A DNA stretch of 54,999 nucleotides from Eubacteriales bacterium (lineage in GTDB: Bacteria > Bacillota > Clostridia > Oscillospirales > CAG-272): contig JAZRAF010000045.1 of the NCBI GenBank assembly GCA_045634425.1, forward strand, positions 1 through 54,999, in the 5' to 3' direction. Under the pieces are notes generated by a model. It had not been told where the DNA came from. It was given only the letters and a program-made list of their open reading frames with translations, and did no database searches. The position numbers and the translations under genes were made by a program. Each line of letters opens with the position of its first letter. Position 1 is the stretch's first letter. This document shows positions 10,538-20,825 of this stretch, in pieces.

Positions 10538-11880
10538 TTTTCCTTAAAGTGAGAAAAACGCTCGCTGATTATCGCAGAGGAACGCTCTGCATACGCAGCG
10601 TTTCTCGCCTTTTTTCCTCCCTTGATTTTCTTATCAAAAGGCGCAATAATACCGAAGTTAGCATTCATAGGCTGGAAGGACGAGCTTACACCACCCTCGC
10701 TTACATAGTGAGCAAGTGCGCCGATCTCGGTTTCCTTAGGAAATACGACAGCATCCTGACCAAGTGCCAGAAGCGCGGCGTTTACGCCCGCTACAAAGCC
10801 TGACGAGGTGGACTCTACGTATCCCTCAACACCCGTCATCTGACCCGCAAAGAAAAGATTGGGTCTTGCGGTCGTGGAATAGGTGGGAGTAAGGAAGCCG
10901 GGAGAATTAAGATAAGTATTTCTATGCATAACGCCGTATCTGAAGAACTCGGCGTTTTCAAGTCCGGGGATCAAGCGGAATACCCTTTTCTGCTCACCAA
11001 AGGTGAGGTGGGTCTGGAAGCCGACGATATTGTACATCGTGCCCTCCTTGTTTTCCCTTCTGAGCTGGACGGTTGCAAACGCATCCTCGCCGGTATCTGG
11101 ACAAGGAAGACCTACGGGCTTCATAGGTCCAAAGCGAAGGGTGTCATATCCTCTTTTGGCCATTACCTCAACGGGCATACAGCCCTCAAAGACGGTGAGG
11201 TCGGACTGTTCTTTCTTATCAAAATCCTTGAGCTCGGCAAGCTCGGCACTGATAAGTGCGTTATAAAATACGTCGTACTGCTCCTTTGTCATAGGACAGT
11301 TAAGGTAATCGGTGGGCTCACCCTTACCGTAACGGGAAGCAAAAAACGCAATATCGGTATTTACGGTTGAAAAATCAACGATAGGTGCGGCTGCATCAAA
11401 GAAATGCAGCTCGGTGCCACCTGTCATTTCTGCAATTTTCACAGAAAGCGCATCAGAGGTCAGAGGACCTGTTGCAATTACGGTGATGCCGTCCTCGGGA
11501 ATGCAGTCAACCTCTTCGTTGTGGACGGTGATATTTTCATTTGAATGGATCTTTTCGGTTATATAGCGGCTGAAGTCGTTGCGGTTTACAGCCAAAGCGC
11601 TACCCGCAGGGACAGCCGTCGCATACGCTGCCTCCATTATGAGCGATCCGAGTGCGGAAAGCTCCTCTTTAAGAAGGCCGACCGCATTTGAAGGATCGTT
11701 GGAACGCAAGGAGTTTGAGCACACAAGCTCTGCAAAATCAGGATTGTGATGAGCGGGGGAAAACTTCACGGGCTTCATCTCGTAAAGCTCGACCTTCACA
11801 CCAAGCTTTGCCGCCTGGTATGCCGCCTCACATCCTGCAAGGCCTGCGCCTATTACTTTGATCACGGGCATTTCGTTCAT
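10534..11880 (-). CDS. trmFO: Methylenetetrahydrofolate--tRNA-(uracil-5-)-methyltransferase TrmFO (Gid)
   Basis: The track ORF extends to 12030. I place the real start at the ATG at 11878-11880 ([23 protein letters not shown] GxGxxG), which overlaps the topA TGA by 1 nt (ATGA). topA-trmFO synteny. Confidence 0.9.
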   Translation of the reverse strand: MNEMPVIKVIGAGLAGCEAAYQAAKLGVKVELYEMKPVKFSPAHHNPDFAELVCSNSLRSNDPSNAVGLLKEELSALGSLIMEAAYATAVPAGSALAVNRNDFSRYITEKIHSNENITVHNEEVDCIPEDGITVIATGPLTSDALSVKIAEMTGGTELHFFDAAAPIVDFSTVNTDIAFFASRYGKGEPTDYLNCPMTKEQYDVFYNALISAELAELKDFDKKEQSDLTVFEGCMPVEVMAKRGYDTLRFGPMKPVGLPCPDTGEDAFATVQLRRENKEGTMYNIVGFQTHLTFGEQKRVFRLIPGLENAEFFRYGVMHRNTYLNSPGFLTPTYSTTARPNLFFAGQMTGVEGYVESTSSGFVAGVNAALLALGQDAVVFPKETEIGALAHYVSEGGVSSSFQPMNANFGIIAPFDKKIKGGKKARNAAYAERSSAIISERFSHFKEK

Positions 11881-14141
11881 CACTCGATTACCGTCATTTC
11901 TTCCTCGCGCTTGTATCCGCAGGCTTTGTTTTTGCACATTACGATCTTCTTGCTCTTTCTGTAGAAAAGCATTTCTCCGCAATCGGGGCAGTTCTCTGCC
12001 AAGGGCATATCCCAGGTGGAGAAATCGCACTTAGGATAGTTCTCACAGCTGTAAAACAGCGTTCTTCCCTTTCCGTGGCGGGCGAATACCTTAGACTGAC
12101 ACTTAGGGCAATTTACGCCTGTGTCTACGGTCTTTTGCTTGGTGAAGGTACAGGTGGGATAGTTAGAGCAGGCGTAGAATACACCGTATCTTCCGTTTCT
12201 GATCACCATTTCCTCACCGCAAACCTCGCACTTAAAGCCTGCAAGCTCAACCTGCTTCTCTTCCTCGCGTACGACGACGTTACCGTCCTTGTCAACCGCC
12301 TTAGTGTTCTTACAGGTCGGGTAGTTGGGGCAAGCAAGGAATTTGCCGAAGCGGCCGTTCTTGTATACCATAGTAGAGCCGCACTTTTCGCATACGACGT
12401 CGCTCTGCTCGTACTCGGGCTCGACCTTTACCTTAGACTCAAGCTTAGACGCTGCCTCGAGCTCCTCGCTGAACTTGGTATAGAAGTCAGAGAGTACGCC
12501 AACTATGGTGTTCTCTTTATTTTCGATAGAGTCGAGATTAGACTCCATAAGTGCGGTGTATTCGTAGTCGATAATCTCCGGGAAGTGCTCGCGCATAAAC
12601 TTGGTGGTTATTTCGCCAAGCTCGGTTGCAACGAGGGACTTACCGTCACGCTTAACGTAATTTCTGGATATGATTATCGAAATTATGGGCGCGTAGGTAG
12701 AGGGACGGCCAATGCCGTTCTCCTCAAGGAACTTGATAAGAGATGCCTCAGTATATCTTGCAGGGGGCTCGGTAAAGTGCTGCTGCTTAACTACGCTGTT
12801 GCACTTGAGGGACTGATCCTCCTTGATATTGGGAAGACCGAGAAGCATAAGCTCCTCAACGTCGAGGTCCTCAAACTCACCGCCGTAAAGAACGAGGTAG
12901 CCCTTAGACTTAAGCTGATATCCGCCGGTCTTGAAGATATAGCCGGAGTTCTCGAGCTCGATAGCTACGGTATCGAATACCGCGCTTACCATCTGGCTTG
13001 CCAAGAATCTTTCCCAGATAAGTCTGTAAAGCTTGTGCTGCTCAGAGGTAAGATATTTCTTAACCGACTTGGGGGTTATAGCAACGTTTGCGGGTCTGAT
13101 CGCCTCGTGCGCATCCTGAGAGTTTGCGCCGCTCTTATAAACGCGAGGTGACTCGGGAATATACTCCTCGCCATAGTTCTTTTTGATAAGAGCGAGGGCG
13201 GCATCCTGTGCTGCATCGGATATACGGGTAGAGTCGGTACGCATATAAGTGATAAGACCCTGTACGCCACCGAGATCGGCACCGAGGTTCAAGCCGTCGT
13301 AGAGCTCCTGTGCTACCTTCATAGTCTTCTGAGCCTGGAAGCCAAGCTTCTTTGAAGCCTCCTGCTGAAGAGTGGAGGTGGTGAAGGGGGGCGCGGGCAT
13401 CTTCTGCTTTTCCTGATGCTTAACGGAAATAACGTTGAAGGGCTTGCCGCTTACAGAATCGGCAACCTCGGCTGCCATTTCTGCATTTTCGAGCTTGACC
13501 TTACCGTTCTTATCGCCGAAGAATCTTACCGCAGTTTCGGTATCCTCGGTCTGGAGCATAGCCTCAACGGTCCAATACTCCTGGGGAACAAAGGAACGGA
13601 TCTCCTCTTCCCTTTCGGTAACTATACGCATAGCGACCGACTGAACGCGTCCGCCGGAAAGACCGCTTTTAACGTTCTTCCAAAGTATCTGGCTAAGGTT
13701 GAAGCCGATAAGTCTGTCAAGGATTCTGCGCGCCTGCTGAGAGTTAACGAGGTCGATATTTATGCGTCTGGGCTTTTTGATAGCCTCTTTAACCGCAGAC
13801 TTGGTTATTTCGTTAAAGGTAACTCTGCATTCCTTTTCGGGGGGAATGTCGAGCTGAGATGCGATGTGCCAGGAGATAGCCTCTCCCTCACGGTCAGGGT
13901 CCGTCGCAAGGAAGATCTTGGTTGCACCCTTTGCTTCCTTTTTAAGCTCTTTGATAACGTCACCCTTACCGCGGATGTTTATATAGTGAGGCTCAAAGCC
14001 GTTGTCAACGTCAATGCCAAGGGTGCTTTTGGGAAGGTCGCGTACGTGGCCCTTGGAAGCTATGACCTTATAGTTTGAGCCGAGATATCCTTTAATTGTG
14101 TTTGCCTTTGCAGGCGACTCAACGATTACTAAATTTGCCAT
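11880..14141 (-). CDS. topA: DNA topoisomerase I, with several C-terminal Cys4 zinc ribbons
   Basis: 753 aa. [13 protein letters not shown]...TOPRIM start, YMRTDSTR active-site Tyr region, repeated CxxC...CxxC zinc-ribbon modules at the C-terminus. Confidence 0.95.
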   Translation of the reverse strand: MANLVIVESPAKANTIKGYLGSNYKVIASKGHVRDLPKSTLGIDVDNGFEPHYINIRGKGDVIKELKKEAKGATKIFLATDPDREGEAISWHIASQLDIPPEKECRVTFNEITKSAVKEAIKKPRRINIDLVNSQQARRILDRLIGFNLSQILWKNVKSGLSGGRVQSVAMRIVTEREEEIRSFVPQEYWTVEAMLQTEDTETAVRFFGDKNGKVKLENAEMAAEVADSVSGKPFNVISVKHQEKQKMPAPPFTTSTLQQEASKKLGFQAQKTMKVAQELYDGLNLGADLGGVQGLITYMRTDSTRISDAAQDAALALIKKNYGEEYIPESPRVYKSGANSQDAHEAIRPANVAITPKSVKKYLTSEQHKLYRLIWERFLASQMVSAVFDTVAIELENSGYIFKTGGYQLKSKGYLVLYGGEFEDLDVEELMLLGLPNIKEDQSLKCNSVVKQQHFTEPPARYTEASLIKFLEENGIGRPSTYAPIISIIISRNYVKRDGKSLVATELGEITTKFMREHFPEIIDYEYTALMESNLDSIENKENTIVGVLSDFYTKFSEELEAASKLESKVKVEPEYEQSDVVCEKCGSTMVYKNGRFGKFLACPNYPTCKNTKAVDKDGNVVVREEEKQVELAGFKCEVCGEEMVIRNGRYGVFYACSNYPTCTFTKQKTVDTGVNCPKCQSKVFARHGKGRTLFYSCENYPKCDFSTWDMPLAENCPDCGEMLFYRKSKKIVMCKNKACGYKREEEMTVIE

Positions 14142-14165
14142 ATTGAGTGAGGAAAGCTCCTTTCT

Positions 14166-15428
14166 TCAGTTGCGGCGAACCTTTTCGCCGGGTAAAACCG
14201 TTATGAATTTGCCCATCTCGAGCTTGAGAAGGCCCTTCATAACATCCCTCATATTCATCTCGGAATCGGCAAGCGACTCTATGGTGCACTCACCGCCGAG
14301 GGGAATCTTTTTGTAAATTTTAAGCGCCTTTGCATCAAAGCCTGAGAAGTCCGGTGCTTGTGCGGGCGATGCCGATTGCTCGGCTACGGGTGCGGACTCC
14401 TGCGGTGCTGGAGCCTGCTTTGCCGAAGTGCGTGTACGGGGAGTCTTAAATACGGGATCATCCTGTGTCACGCAGGCAATTTTGAGCATTGAGAGGACCT
14501 CTGACATATTGACAGGCGCCTTCTTTGCCAGCTCAAACGGATTAAGCTTGCCAAGCGAGGACATTTCGAAATCGCGTACGATGTCGTCCGCACTTGTACA
14601 AACGCGTGCTCCGTTCTTAAGTAGGAGATTACAAACCTCGCTGTTGGGGTTGCCGACGTTGCCGGGGACTGCATAGACGGTGCGTCCCTGCTCCTTAGCA
14701 TGTCGAGCGGTAAGCAGTGCACCGCTGCGCTCCTTGCCCTCAATAACGAGCGTAACCTTTGATAAACCGCTGATAATGCGGTTTCTTACGGGGAAATTAT
14801 GTCCGTCGGGGCGTGAGCCGGGCGGATACTCGGTGAACACGCATCCCGCCTTAACGATCTCGCGCGCAAGGGGACGGTGCTCCTTAGGATAACAAACGTC
14901 AATACCGCTACCGATGACGGCGACGGTGATCTTGCCTGCGGCGAGCGCGCCCGCGTGCGCGACAGCATCGATGCCTATCGCCATACCGGAAACTATAGTC
15001 GCACCGGATCTTGCGAGGTCATACGCTATTGTGAACGCATTTTTCTTTCCGTATTCCGTAAGTCGGCGAGTTCCGACCACGGCAACGGTGAAAAGACTTG
15101 AAAAATCGGGTAAAATACCGCGATAATACAAAAGCACCGGCGGAGTGGGGATATCCCTCAAGGAATCGGGATATCTTTCGTCGGCGTAGGTAAGGATACC
15201 AACGTTTTTAGAGGTGCAGAACTCAAGCACGGTTTCAGCCTGCTCAAGGCTCTTATCCGTCAGCGACTCGTAATCGCGAGAGCGAGAGGTGACCGCCGAT
15301 GCGATCTCGTGATCCTCTGCCTCATATACTCCCCTTGCGGTATCAAACTTTCCAAGCAAGGAAGCAAATGTCTGTGAGCCGGGAGTACACGCAAGTGACA
15401 GCCATATCCAATATTTCAAATCTTCCAT
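14166..15428 (-). CDS. dprA: DNA-processing protein DprA (Smf) with a long Pro/Ala/Gln-rich linker before the C-terminal winged-helix domain
   Basis: 420 aa. VAVVGTRRLTEYG...SGMAIGIDAVAH Rossmann-like DprA core. Low-complexity linker PRTRTSAKQAPAPQESAPVAEQSASPAQAP, followed by a DprA-type WH tail. Confidence 0.88.
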   Translation of the reverse strand: MEDLKYWIWLSLACTPGSQTFASLLGKFDTARGVYEAEDHEIASAVTSRSRDYESLTDKSLEQAETVLEFCTSKNVGILTYADERYPDSLRDIPTPPVLLYYRGILPDFSSLFTVAVVGTRRLTEYGKKNAFTIAYDLARSGATIVSGMAIGIDAVAHAGALAAGKITVAVIGSGIDVCYPKEHRPLAREIVKAGCVFTEYPPGSRPDGHNFPVRNRIISGLSKVTLVIEGKERSGALLTARHAKEQGRTVYAVPGNVGNPNSEVCNLLLKNGARVCTSADDIVRDFEMSSLGKLNPFELAKKAPVNMSEVLSMLKIACVTQDDPVFKTPRTRTSAKQAPAPQESAPVAEQSASPAQAPDFSGFDAKALKIYKKIPLGGECTIESLADSEMNMRDVMKGLLKLEMGKFITVLPGEKVRRN

Positions 15429-15448
15429 TGTGTCCTCCCATTTTTAAG

Positions 15449-16285
15449 TCAGTTAGTTTTGCCCTGCTCCCACATAAAGATCGCCGCAGCAACCGAAGCA
15501 TTAAGCGACTCGGTGTTGCTGGAGATCGGGATATAAACGCTGTTATTGCACGCAGCGGAAATCTCGGTGGGGATGCCGTGTCCCTCGTTTCCGACAATGA
15601 AAATATCGGTGGGAAGGGTCTTTATCTGATCGAGCGCAACCGCACCATCAGACAGCTCGGCGGCATAGACGTTACGGCCGTTTGCCTGCGATGCTGAAAT
15701 GAACGAAGCGAAGTCGCGAACGACTGTGACCTTAACCTTGAAGAGCGAGCCCATAGCGCTTCTGACGGTTTTGGAATTGTATATATCCGCAGAATCAGCG
15801 CTTAAAACTATGTGCTCAGCACCAAAGGCAACCGCACTTCTGATGACCGAGCCGATGTTGCCCGGATCACGCACGGAGCATAAAGCAATAGCTCTTTCGC
15901 CGTCCTTCAAAAAAAAGTCTTCCTTATATATTATATCCAACTCTTTAAAAAAGTCAAGATGTTTTATCACACTTATGATGCCTTGGGGCGCTTTTTCGGT
16001 AGAAATTTTCTCAAAAACCTCGTCCGTGACGGTAATGATCTCGGTATCGGCGTAAATCTCGGTGGAAAAAGCGGCACTTATTCTTTCGGAAAGAGCGTCA
16101 AATCTCTTCTCGGAAACGAATACGTGAGTGATGGGTAAGCCTGCCTCTGCAGCCTCAAAAGTGAGCTTCTCACCCTCTGCAATAAAGGCGCGCGAAGCCC
16201 TTCTTCCCTTCTTATCGTGCAAACTTGTCACCCATTTAACGGTGGCATTCTGCCTACTTGTAAGTGTTGTTTTTTGCATTTTCAT
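15449..16285 (-). CDS. TrmH/SpoU-family RNA 2'-O-methyltransferase
   Basis: 278 aa. VRDPGNIGSVIRSA, IVGNEGHGIP and ESLNASVAAAIFMWE SpoU motifs. Confidence 0.85.
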   Translation of the reverse strand: MKMQKTTLTSRQNATVKWVTSLHDKKGRRASRAFIAEGEKLTFEAAEAGLPITHVFVSEKRFDALSERISAAFSTEIYADTEIITVTDEVFEKISTEKAPQGIISVIKHLDFFKELDIIYKEDFFLKDGERAIALCSVRDPGNIGSVIRSAVAFGAEHIVLSADSADIYNSKTVRSAMGSLFKVKVTVVRDFASFISASQANGRNVYAAELSDGAVALDQIKTLPTDIFIVGNEGHGIPTEISAACNNSVYIPISSNTESLNASVAAAIFMWEQGKTN

Positions 16286-16305
16286 AACAATTCTCCCTTG
16301 GGGTT

Positions 16306-16343
16306 AAAAAATCCCGGTCCACCTTGCGGTTAACCGGGATTTG
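16306..16343 (-). terminator. Intrinsic terminator directly after rplT
   Basis: Minus-strand RNA reads AAAUCCCGG-(16-nt loop containing a small GCAA hairpin)-CCGGGAUUU, followed by UUUUUU. Confidence 0.7.
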
Positions 16344-16346
16344 ATA

Positions 16347-16700
16347 TTAAAGTGCAGCCTTTGCCATCTCGCAAATCTTTGCGAATGCTTCCTTATCAGA
16401 AACTGCAAGCTCCGCAAGCATCTTACGGTTGAGATCGATACCTGCAACCTTGATGCCGTGCATAAGGGTGGAGTAGTTCATACCGTTAACCTTTGCCTGT
16501 GCGGAAATACGAGTGATCCAAAGAGAACGGAAATCTCTCTTCTTAAGCTTACGTCCAGCAAATGCATAGTTACCGCTCTTAAGAACAGCCTGCTTTGCCA
16601 TCTTAAAGTGCTTAGACTTTGCGCCCCAGTAGCCCTTAGCTGCCTTGAGTACGCTCTTTCTTCTCTTGCGCGTCATTGTAGCGCCCTTAATTCTAGCCAT
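16347..16700 (-). CDS. rplT: 50S ribosomal protein L20
   Basis: 117 aa. [29 protein letters not shown]... is a canonical L20 sequence. Confidence 0.97.
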   Translation of the reverse strand: MARIKGATMTRKRRKSVLKAAKGYWGAKSKHFKMAKQAVLKSGNYAFAGRKLKKRDFRSLWITRISAQAKVNGMNYSTLMHGIKVAGIDLNRKMLAELAVSDKEAFAKICEMAKAAL

Positions 16701-16736
16701 TTTATATCTTCCTCCAAATTTTCTCTTTGTACCTTA

Positions 16737-16931
16737 TTACTTCTGAATAAGGGTTCTGTAAGTAGGTCCGAAGCACTCGCTGAGGATTGCGCTCTTGCGA
16801 AGGCCTCTCTTACGCTTCGAGGTCTTGTGACCGAGGTTGTGACGATGGTTGTTGTGAGACATCTTTACCTTACCGCTACCAGTAAGAGAAAATCTCTTGG
16901 CAGATGCCTTATGTGTCTTGATCTTTGCCAT
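16737..16931 (-). CDS. rpmI: 50S ribosomal protein L35
   Basis: 64 aa. MAKIKTHKASAKRFSLTGSGKVK... is a canonical L35 sequence. Confidence 0.97.
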   Translation of the reverse strand: MAKIKTHKASAKRFSLTGSGKVKMSHNNHRHNLGHKTSKRKRGLRKSAILSECFGPTYRTLIQK

Positions 16932-16979
16932 TTTTATTCTCCTTTTTGGGATGTACCCTATTTTTAATACAAAATTGAA

Positions 16980-17513
16980 TTATTTTTTGTCCTGCTTTAC
17001 AGGAGAGAGGATGATAGACATATATCTTCCCTCAAGGACGGGCTTCTTCTCAGCCGCGCCTGCGCCGGCGCAAGCCTCCTCAAACTTCGCAATAACCTCA
17101 CGGCCAAGCTCCATATGAGTCATCTCTCTACCCTTGAAACGAACTACTGCCTTTACCTTGTTTCCTTCTCCGAGGAACCTTTTAGCCTGATTTACTCTAG
17201 TATCAAAGTCGTGCTGCTCGATACGGCAAGAAAGCTGAACCTCCTTGACCTTAACGATAACCTGCTTCTTCTTTGCTTCCTTTTCTCTCTTGTCACGCTC
17301 GAAACAGAACTTTCCGTAATCGATTGCGCGGCATACAGGGGGAGTCGCATTAGGAACTATAAGAACGAGATCAACACCGTTGTTGTACGCAAAGGCTCTT
17401 GCATCGTCGATCTTCATAATGCCTACCTGCTCATTCGAGGGGCCGATAACTCTTACCTCGGGAGCCTTGATCTCTTCATTGATGAGCAAATCCTTGTTGT
17501 TGTTAGCGCTAAT
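16980..17513 (-). CDS. infC: Translation initiation factor IF-3, initiating at a non-canonical AUU codon
   Basis: The track ORF (to 17567) carries an implausible MCVRRFSVCIFCFWRYKT extension that runs across the RBS. GGAGG lies at 17523-17527, then a 9-nt spacer, then ATT at 17511-13, in frame with ISANNNKDLLINEEIKAPEVRVIG, a typical IF-3 N-terminus. The product is 177 aa. Confidence 0.9.
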   Translation of the reverse strand: MSANNNKDLLINEEIKAPEVRVIGPSNEQVGIMKIDDARAFAYNNGVDLVLIVPNATPPVCRAIDYGKFCFERDKREKEAKKKQVIVKVKEVQLSCRIEQHDFDTRVNQAKRFLGEGNKVKAVVRFKGREMTHMELGREVIAKFEEACAGAGAAEKKPVLEGRYMSIILSPVKQDKK

Positions 17514-17667
17514 GGTTTTATACCTCCAAAAACAAAAAATGCATACAGAGAATCTCCGTACGCACACAATATCCCCCTTTTAGGGAGAGTTGGTATTTAC
17601 CATACGCACCTGTGTGGTATGGTGAGAACGGAAATTCTGCTTGTTGTTGAGGCCTTTTGCCTCTGTC
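17514..17667 (-). promoter_or_regulatory. 5' leader of infC-rpmI-rplT, a probable L20-leader-type transcription attenuator
   Basis: About 150 nt lie between a consensus promoter and the RBS. It holds a 5' hairpin (17649-17663), an ACCAUAC/GUAUGGU hairpin (17599-17623), a CUCCC/GGGGG hairpin and a terminal terminator. A near-duplicate 10-mer CC(A/G)TACGCAC at 17600-17609 and 17556-17565 suggests alternative pairings. Confidence 0.55.
17528..17564 (-). terminator. Leader (attenuator) terminator immediately upstream of the infC RBS
   Basis: RNA reads UGCGUACGGA-GAUUC-UCUGUAUGCA (10 bp including 2 G-U pairs), followed by UUUUUUGUUUUU, then GGAGG. Confidence 0.65.
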
Positions 17668-17673
17668 CCGAAC

Positions 17674-17702
17674 ATTATATCACCTTTTTCGCAAAATGTC
17701 AA
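17674..17702 (-). promoter_or_regulatory. Consensus sigma-70/SigA promoter for the infC operon
   Basis: Minus strand reads TTGACA (17697-17702), a 17-nt spacer, then TATAAT (17674-17679). Confidence 0.8.
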
Positions 17703-17795
17703 TAGGTTTTAGGAAAGTTTTTTAAGTTTTTTTCGCAGCTTGTAGCCAATAAGCGCCATAAAATAAATATTTTTAAATATTTTTTCGCATAACTA

Positions 17796-17829
17796 TGGAT
17801 TTTTAAATTAAAGTGTGTTATAATATAAT
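17796..17829 (+). promoter_or_regulatory. Candidate extended -10 promoter for lon
   Basis: TGTTATAAT at 17816-17824, with a second overlapping TATAAT at 17824-17829. The -35 (TGGATT) is weak and the upstream region is AT-rich. Confidence 0.4.
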
Positions 17830-17865
17830 GAATTTTTATTGTTATTTGTCAAACGAGGTACCGTA

Positions 17866-20196
17866 ATGTCAGAAATTAACAACAATTACATAGAGCTTGT
17901 CCTTCCTGTGTTGCCCCTGCGCGGCATAGTAGGATTCCCTGCCGTACAGATGAATATTGAGATCGCGCGTCCCTCCTCTCTCAAGGCGTTCACCGCGGCG
18001 GCAACGCTTCACGATGCTAAGATGCTTCTCGTTGCACAGAAGGAGCTTCATATAGAAAACCCCACCGAAGATGATATGTACAAGACCGGCGTGCTTGCAG
18101 AGATCAAGCACGTGGTTAAGAACCCCCAGGGTACTCTCACCGTTATTTTCGAGGGTATCTCAAGAGCAAAGGTCGCAAAGTTTGACCTTTCTCAGGAGTT
18201 TATGATCGCATACGCAACCGCAAGAAAGACTCAGAGAAAGGTTGCGGTAACCGAAGAGATCGACCTTTTGATGCGTGAGATCAAGACTACCATAAACGAG
18301 ATCAAGGATATTCACCCCACGTTCAACGACGATATGAATATGGCCGCGCAGGCTATTGCGGCACCCGATTATTTCGCCGATTTTGCGGCATCGAGCGCAC
18401 TTATCGATTACAAGAACAAGCAGGCTGTGCTTGAGGCTGTAAACGTAAAGACCAGGCTTGAAAAGCTTCTCGTTGCCCTTGAAGAGGAGGCAATGCTCCT
18501 CAGATGCGAGCGCGATATTCAGCTTCAGGTCAGAGAAAAGATCGACCGCAATCAGAAGGACTACTTCCTCCGCGAGCAGATAAAGGCTATTCAGGCCGAG
18601 CTCGGAGAGGATGAGGACGACGAAATACGCGAGTACGAAGAAAAGATAGAAGCAAAGAATATGCCCGAGGAGATAAAGGCTAAGCTCTTCAAGGAGCTTT
18701 CCAAGCTTGCAAAGACCCCCTTCGGTGCTGCGGAAAGCACCGTGCTTCGTTCTTATCTTGACACCTGTCTTGATTTTCCCTTCGGAGTTAAGACCAACGA
18801 GCCCGTAAGCGTAGCCGAGGCAAGAAAAATACTTGACGAGGACCACGACGGTCTTGAAAAGGTTAAGGAAAGAATACTCGAGTTCGTAGCTATAAAGCAA
18901 TTCTCCCCCGAGGTTAAAAACCAGATAATCTGTCTTGTTGGCCCTCCCGGTGTCGGCAAGACCTCCGTTGCCGCGTCTATTGCAAAGGCGCTCAAGAGAA
19001 GCTATGCAAGAGTATCTCTTGGCGGTATGCATGACGAGGCGGAGATCCGCGGTCACAGAAAGCCCTACGTCGGTGCGATGCCCGGCAGAATCGTTACCGC
19101 GCTTATAAACGCAAAGGTCGAGAACCCCGTTATCGTTCTCGATGAAATAGATAAGATGTCCAACAACTTCCGCGGAGATCCTACCTCTGCCCTGCTTGAG
19201 GTGCTTGACCCTGAGCAGAACAAGTTCTTCCGCGATAACTTTATGGAGATCCCGATCGATCTTTCGGACGTGCTTTTCATCGCTACGGCAAACAGCTATT
19301 CCTCTATTCCCCTGCCCTTGCTTGACAGAATGGAGATCATCGAGCTTTCCACCTACACCGACTCCGAAAAGCTTTCGATCGCAAAGAACCATCTCATTCC
19401 CAAGCAGCTTAAGCGCAACGGAATGACCAAGCGCCGCTTCAAGATCACCGACGGCGGTATTATGTCGCTTATTACCAATTATACCAAGGAAGCGGGCGTG
19501 CGTACCCTTGAGCGTGAGATCGCATCGCTTATAAGAAAGAGCGCGAAAAAGATCGCAGAGAGTGGCGCAAAGTCGGTTACCATCACCGAGAAGAACATTT
19601 CCGATTTCCTTGGCAAGAGAAAGGTTATTCCCGAAAGACTTGAGGCTACCGATCCCGTTGGTATCGTAAACGGACTTGCATACACGCAGACCGGCGGCGA
19701 CCTGTTGAAGGTTGAGGTTGCAACGATGGACGGCGACGGCAGAATCCAGATAACCGGCTCGCTTGGCGACGTTATGAAGGAATCCGCAAGCATTGCGCAC
19801 TCCTACGTAAGAACTATCGCTAAAAAATACAAGATCGATCCCGATTTCCACAAGGCGACCGACATTCATATCCACTTCCCCGAGGGTGCAATTCCCAAGG
19901 ACGGTCCCTCTGCCGGTGTGACTATGGTAACTGCTATGGTCAGCGCACTTGGCGGCATTCCCGTAAGACGCGACGATGCTATGACGGGCGAGATCACCCT
20001 TCGCGGAAAGGTTTTGGCAATAGGCGGACTTAAGGAAAAGACCCTTGCGGCGTACCGCTCGGGAATAAATACCGTCCTCATCCCCGAGGATAATATGCGC
20101 GACCTTGACGAGATCGATGCAGAGGCACGCAATCACCTTAAATTCATACCTTGCAAGAGCGCAGACGACGTTCTGACACACGCCTTGGTAAGATAA
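17866..20196 (+). CDS. lon: ATP-dependent Lon protease
   Basis: The track ORF starts at a TTG at 17839. I prefer the ATG at 17866, with GAGG 7 nt upstream. Contains the LPVLPLRG N-domain, GPPGVGKTS Walker A, and DGPSAGVTM with the catalytic Ser. Confidence 0.95.
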   Translation: MSEINNNYIELVLPVLPLRGIVGFPAVQMNIEIARPSSLKAFTAAATLHDAKMLLVAQKELHIENPTEDDMYKTGVLAEIKHVVKNPQGTLTVIFEGISRAKVAKFDLSQEFMIAYATARKTQRKVAVTEEIDLLMREIKTTINEIKDIHPTFNDDMNMAAQAIAAPDYFADFAASSALIDYKNKQAVLEAVNVKTRLEKLLVALEEEAMLLRCERDIQLQVREKIDRNQKDYFLREQIKAIQAELGEDEDDEIREYEEKIEAKNMPEEIKAKLFKELSKLAKTPFGAAESTVLRSYLDTCLDFPFGVKTNEPVSVAEARKILDEDHDGLEKVKERILEFVAIKQFSPEVKNQIICLVGPPGVGKTSVAASIAKALKRSYARVSLGGMHDEAEIRGHRKPYVGAMPGRIVTALINAKVENPVIVLDEIDKMSNNFRGDPTSALLEVLDPEQNKFFRDNFMEIPIDLSDVLFIATANSYSSIPLPLLDRMEIIELSTYTDSEKLSIAKNHLIPKQLKRNGMTKRRFKITDGGIMSLITNYTKEAGVRTLEREIASLIRKSAKKIAESGAKSVTITEKNISDFLGKRKVIPERLEATDPVGIVNGLAYTQTGGDLLKVEVATMDGDGRIQITGSLGDVMKESASIAHSYVRTIAKKYKIDPDFHKATDIHIHFPEGAIPKDGPSAGVTMVTAMVSALGGIPVRRDDAMTGEITLRGKVLAIGGLKEKTLAAYRSGINTVLIPEDNMRDLDEIDAEARNHLKFIPCKSADDVLTHALVR

Positions 20197-20209
20197 GAAG
20201 GAACGTAAA

Positions 20210-20809
20210 ATGAAAGTAAACACCAATAACACAAGCCTTGCGATCACGGTTGGAAATCAGCGTCAGTTTATACGTGACCCCAAGCCGCAGATAGCACTTT
20301 CCGGACGTTCAAACGTTGGTAAAAGCTCGCTGATCAACACCCTGATCGGCAGAAAATCGCTTGCCAGAGTTTCATCATCCCCCGGAAAGACCATAACCAT
20401 CAACTATTTTGACGTTGACAAGAAGCTTTTTCTTGTCGACCTGCCCGGCTATGGATACGCAAAGCGCTCAAAGGATTCAAAGAGAGTATGGAGCACGCTT
20501 ACCGAGGATTACTTTGTAAAAAACCCCTCAGCTGATGCACTTAAGCTCGTTATACAGCTTATTGACATTCGCACAGGCCCCACCGATGATGATATCCTTA
20601 TGATCAACTGGATGATCGATATGGGCGTTCCCTTCCTGGTTGTTGCAACCAAGACGGACAAGCTCTCTAAAAAACAGCTTTCCGAGGCATTGGAATCCAT
20701 TCATAATGAGTTTTTCAATGGCACCGGAATTGAAATACTTCCCTTCTCCTCTGAAACCAGAGCGGGTAAGGACGAGCTTTGGAACAAAATATTCGACGCC
20801 ATAAAATAA
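20210..20809 (+). CDS. engB: Ribosome biogenesis GTPase EngB/YsxC
   Basis: 199 aa. GRSNVGKSSLIN G1 motif, DLPGYG G3 motif, TKTDK G4 motif. lon-ysxC synteny as in Bacillus. Confidence 0.92.
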   Translation: MKVNTNNTSLAITVGNQRQFIRDPKPQIALSGRSNVGKSSLINTLIGRKSLARVSSSPGKTITINYFDVDKKLFLVDLPGYGYAKRSKDSKRVWSTLTEDYFVKNPSADALKLVIQLIDIRTGPTDDDILMINWMIDMGVPFLVVATKTDKLSKKQLSEALESIHNEFFNGTGIEILPFSSETRAGKDELWNKIFDAIK

Positions 20810-20825
20810 AGTCATACGGAGGTAA

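Noticed and set aside
11881-12030. Long N-terminal extensions in the ORF track for trmFO (also tgt to 27743, nucleotidyltransferase to 43970, upp from 43886, the AraC gene to 36846, ftsY to 4187, smc to 7761)
   Set aside because: The extensions overlap upstream genes or run through promoters and RBSs. Conserved N-termini begin at internal ATGs that have properly spaced Shine-Dalgarno sequences.
12075-13151. 358-aa plus-strand ORF
   Set aside because: Antisense shadow of topA.
17848-17853. Possible CtsR operator (GTCAAA) in front of lon
   Set aside because: Only a single half-site is present, whereas the CtsR operator is a tandem heptad repeat. No CIRCE element is present either.
18160-20247. 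695-aa ORF on the minus strand, the longest unexplained ORF in the track
   Set aside because: It is exactly antisense to lon and codon-aligned with it. The protein is low-complexity (Leu/Val/Gly/Cys-rich) with no motifs, no RBS and no promoter. It is a shadow ORF caused by avoidance of TTA, CTA and TCA in the sense gene.
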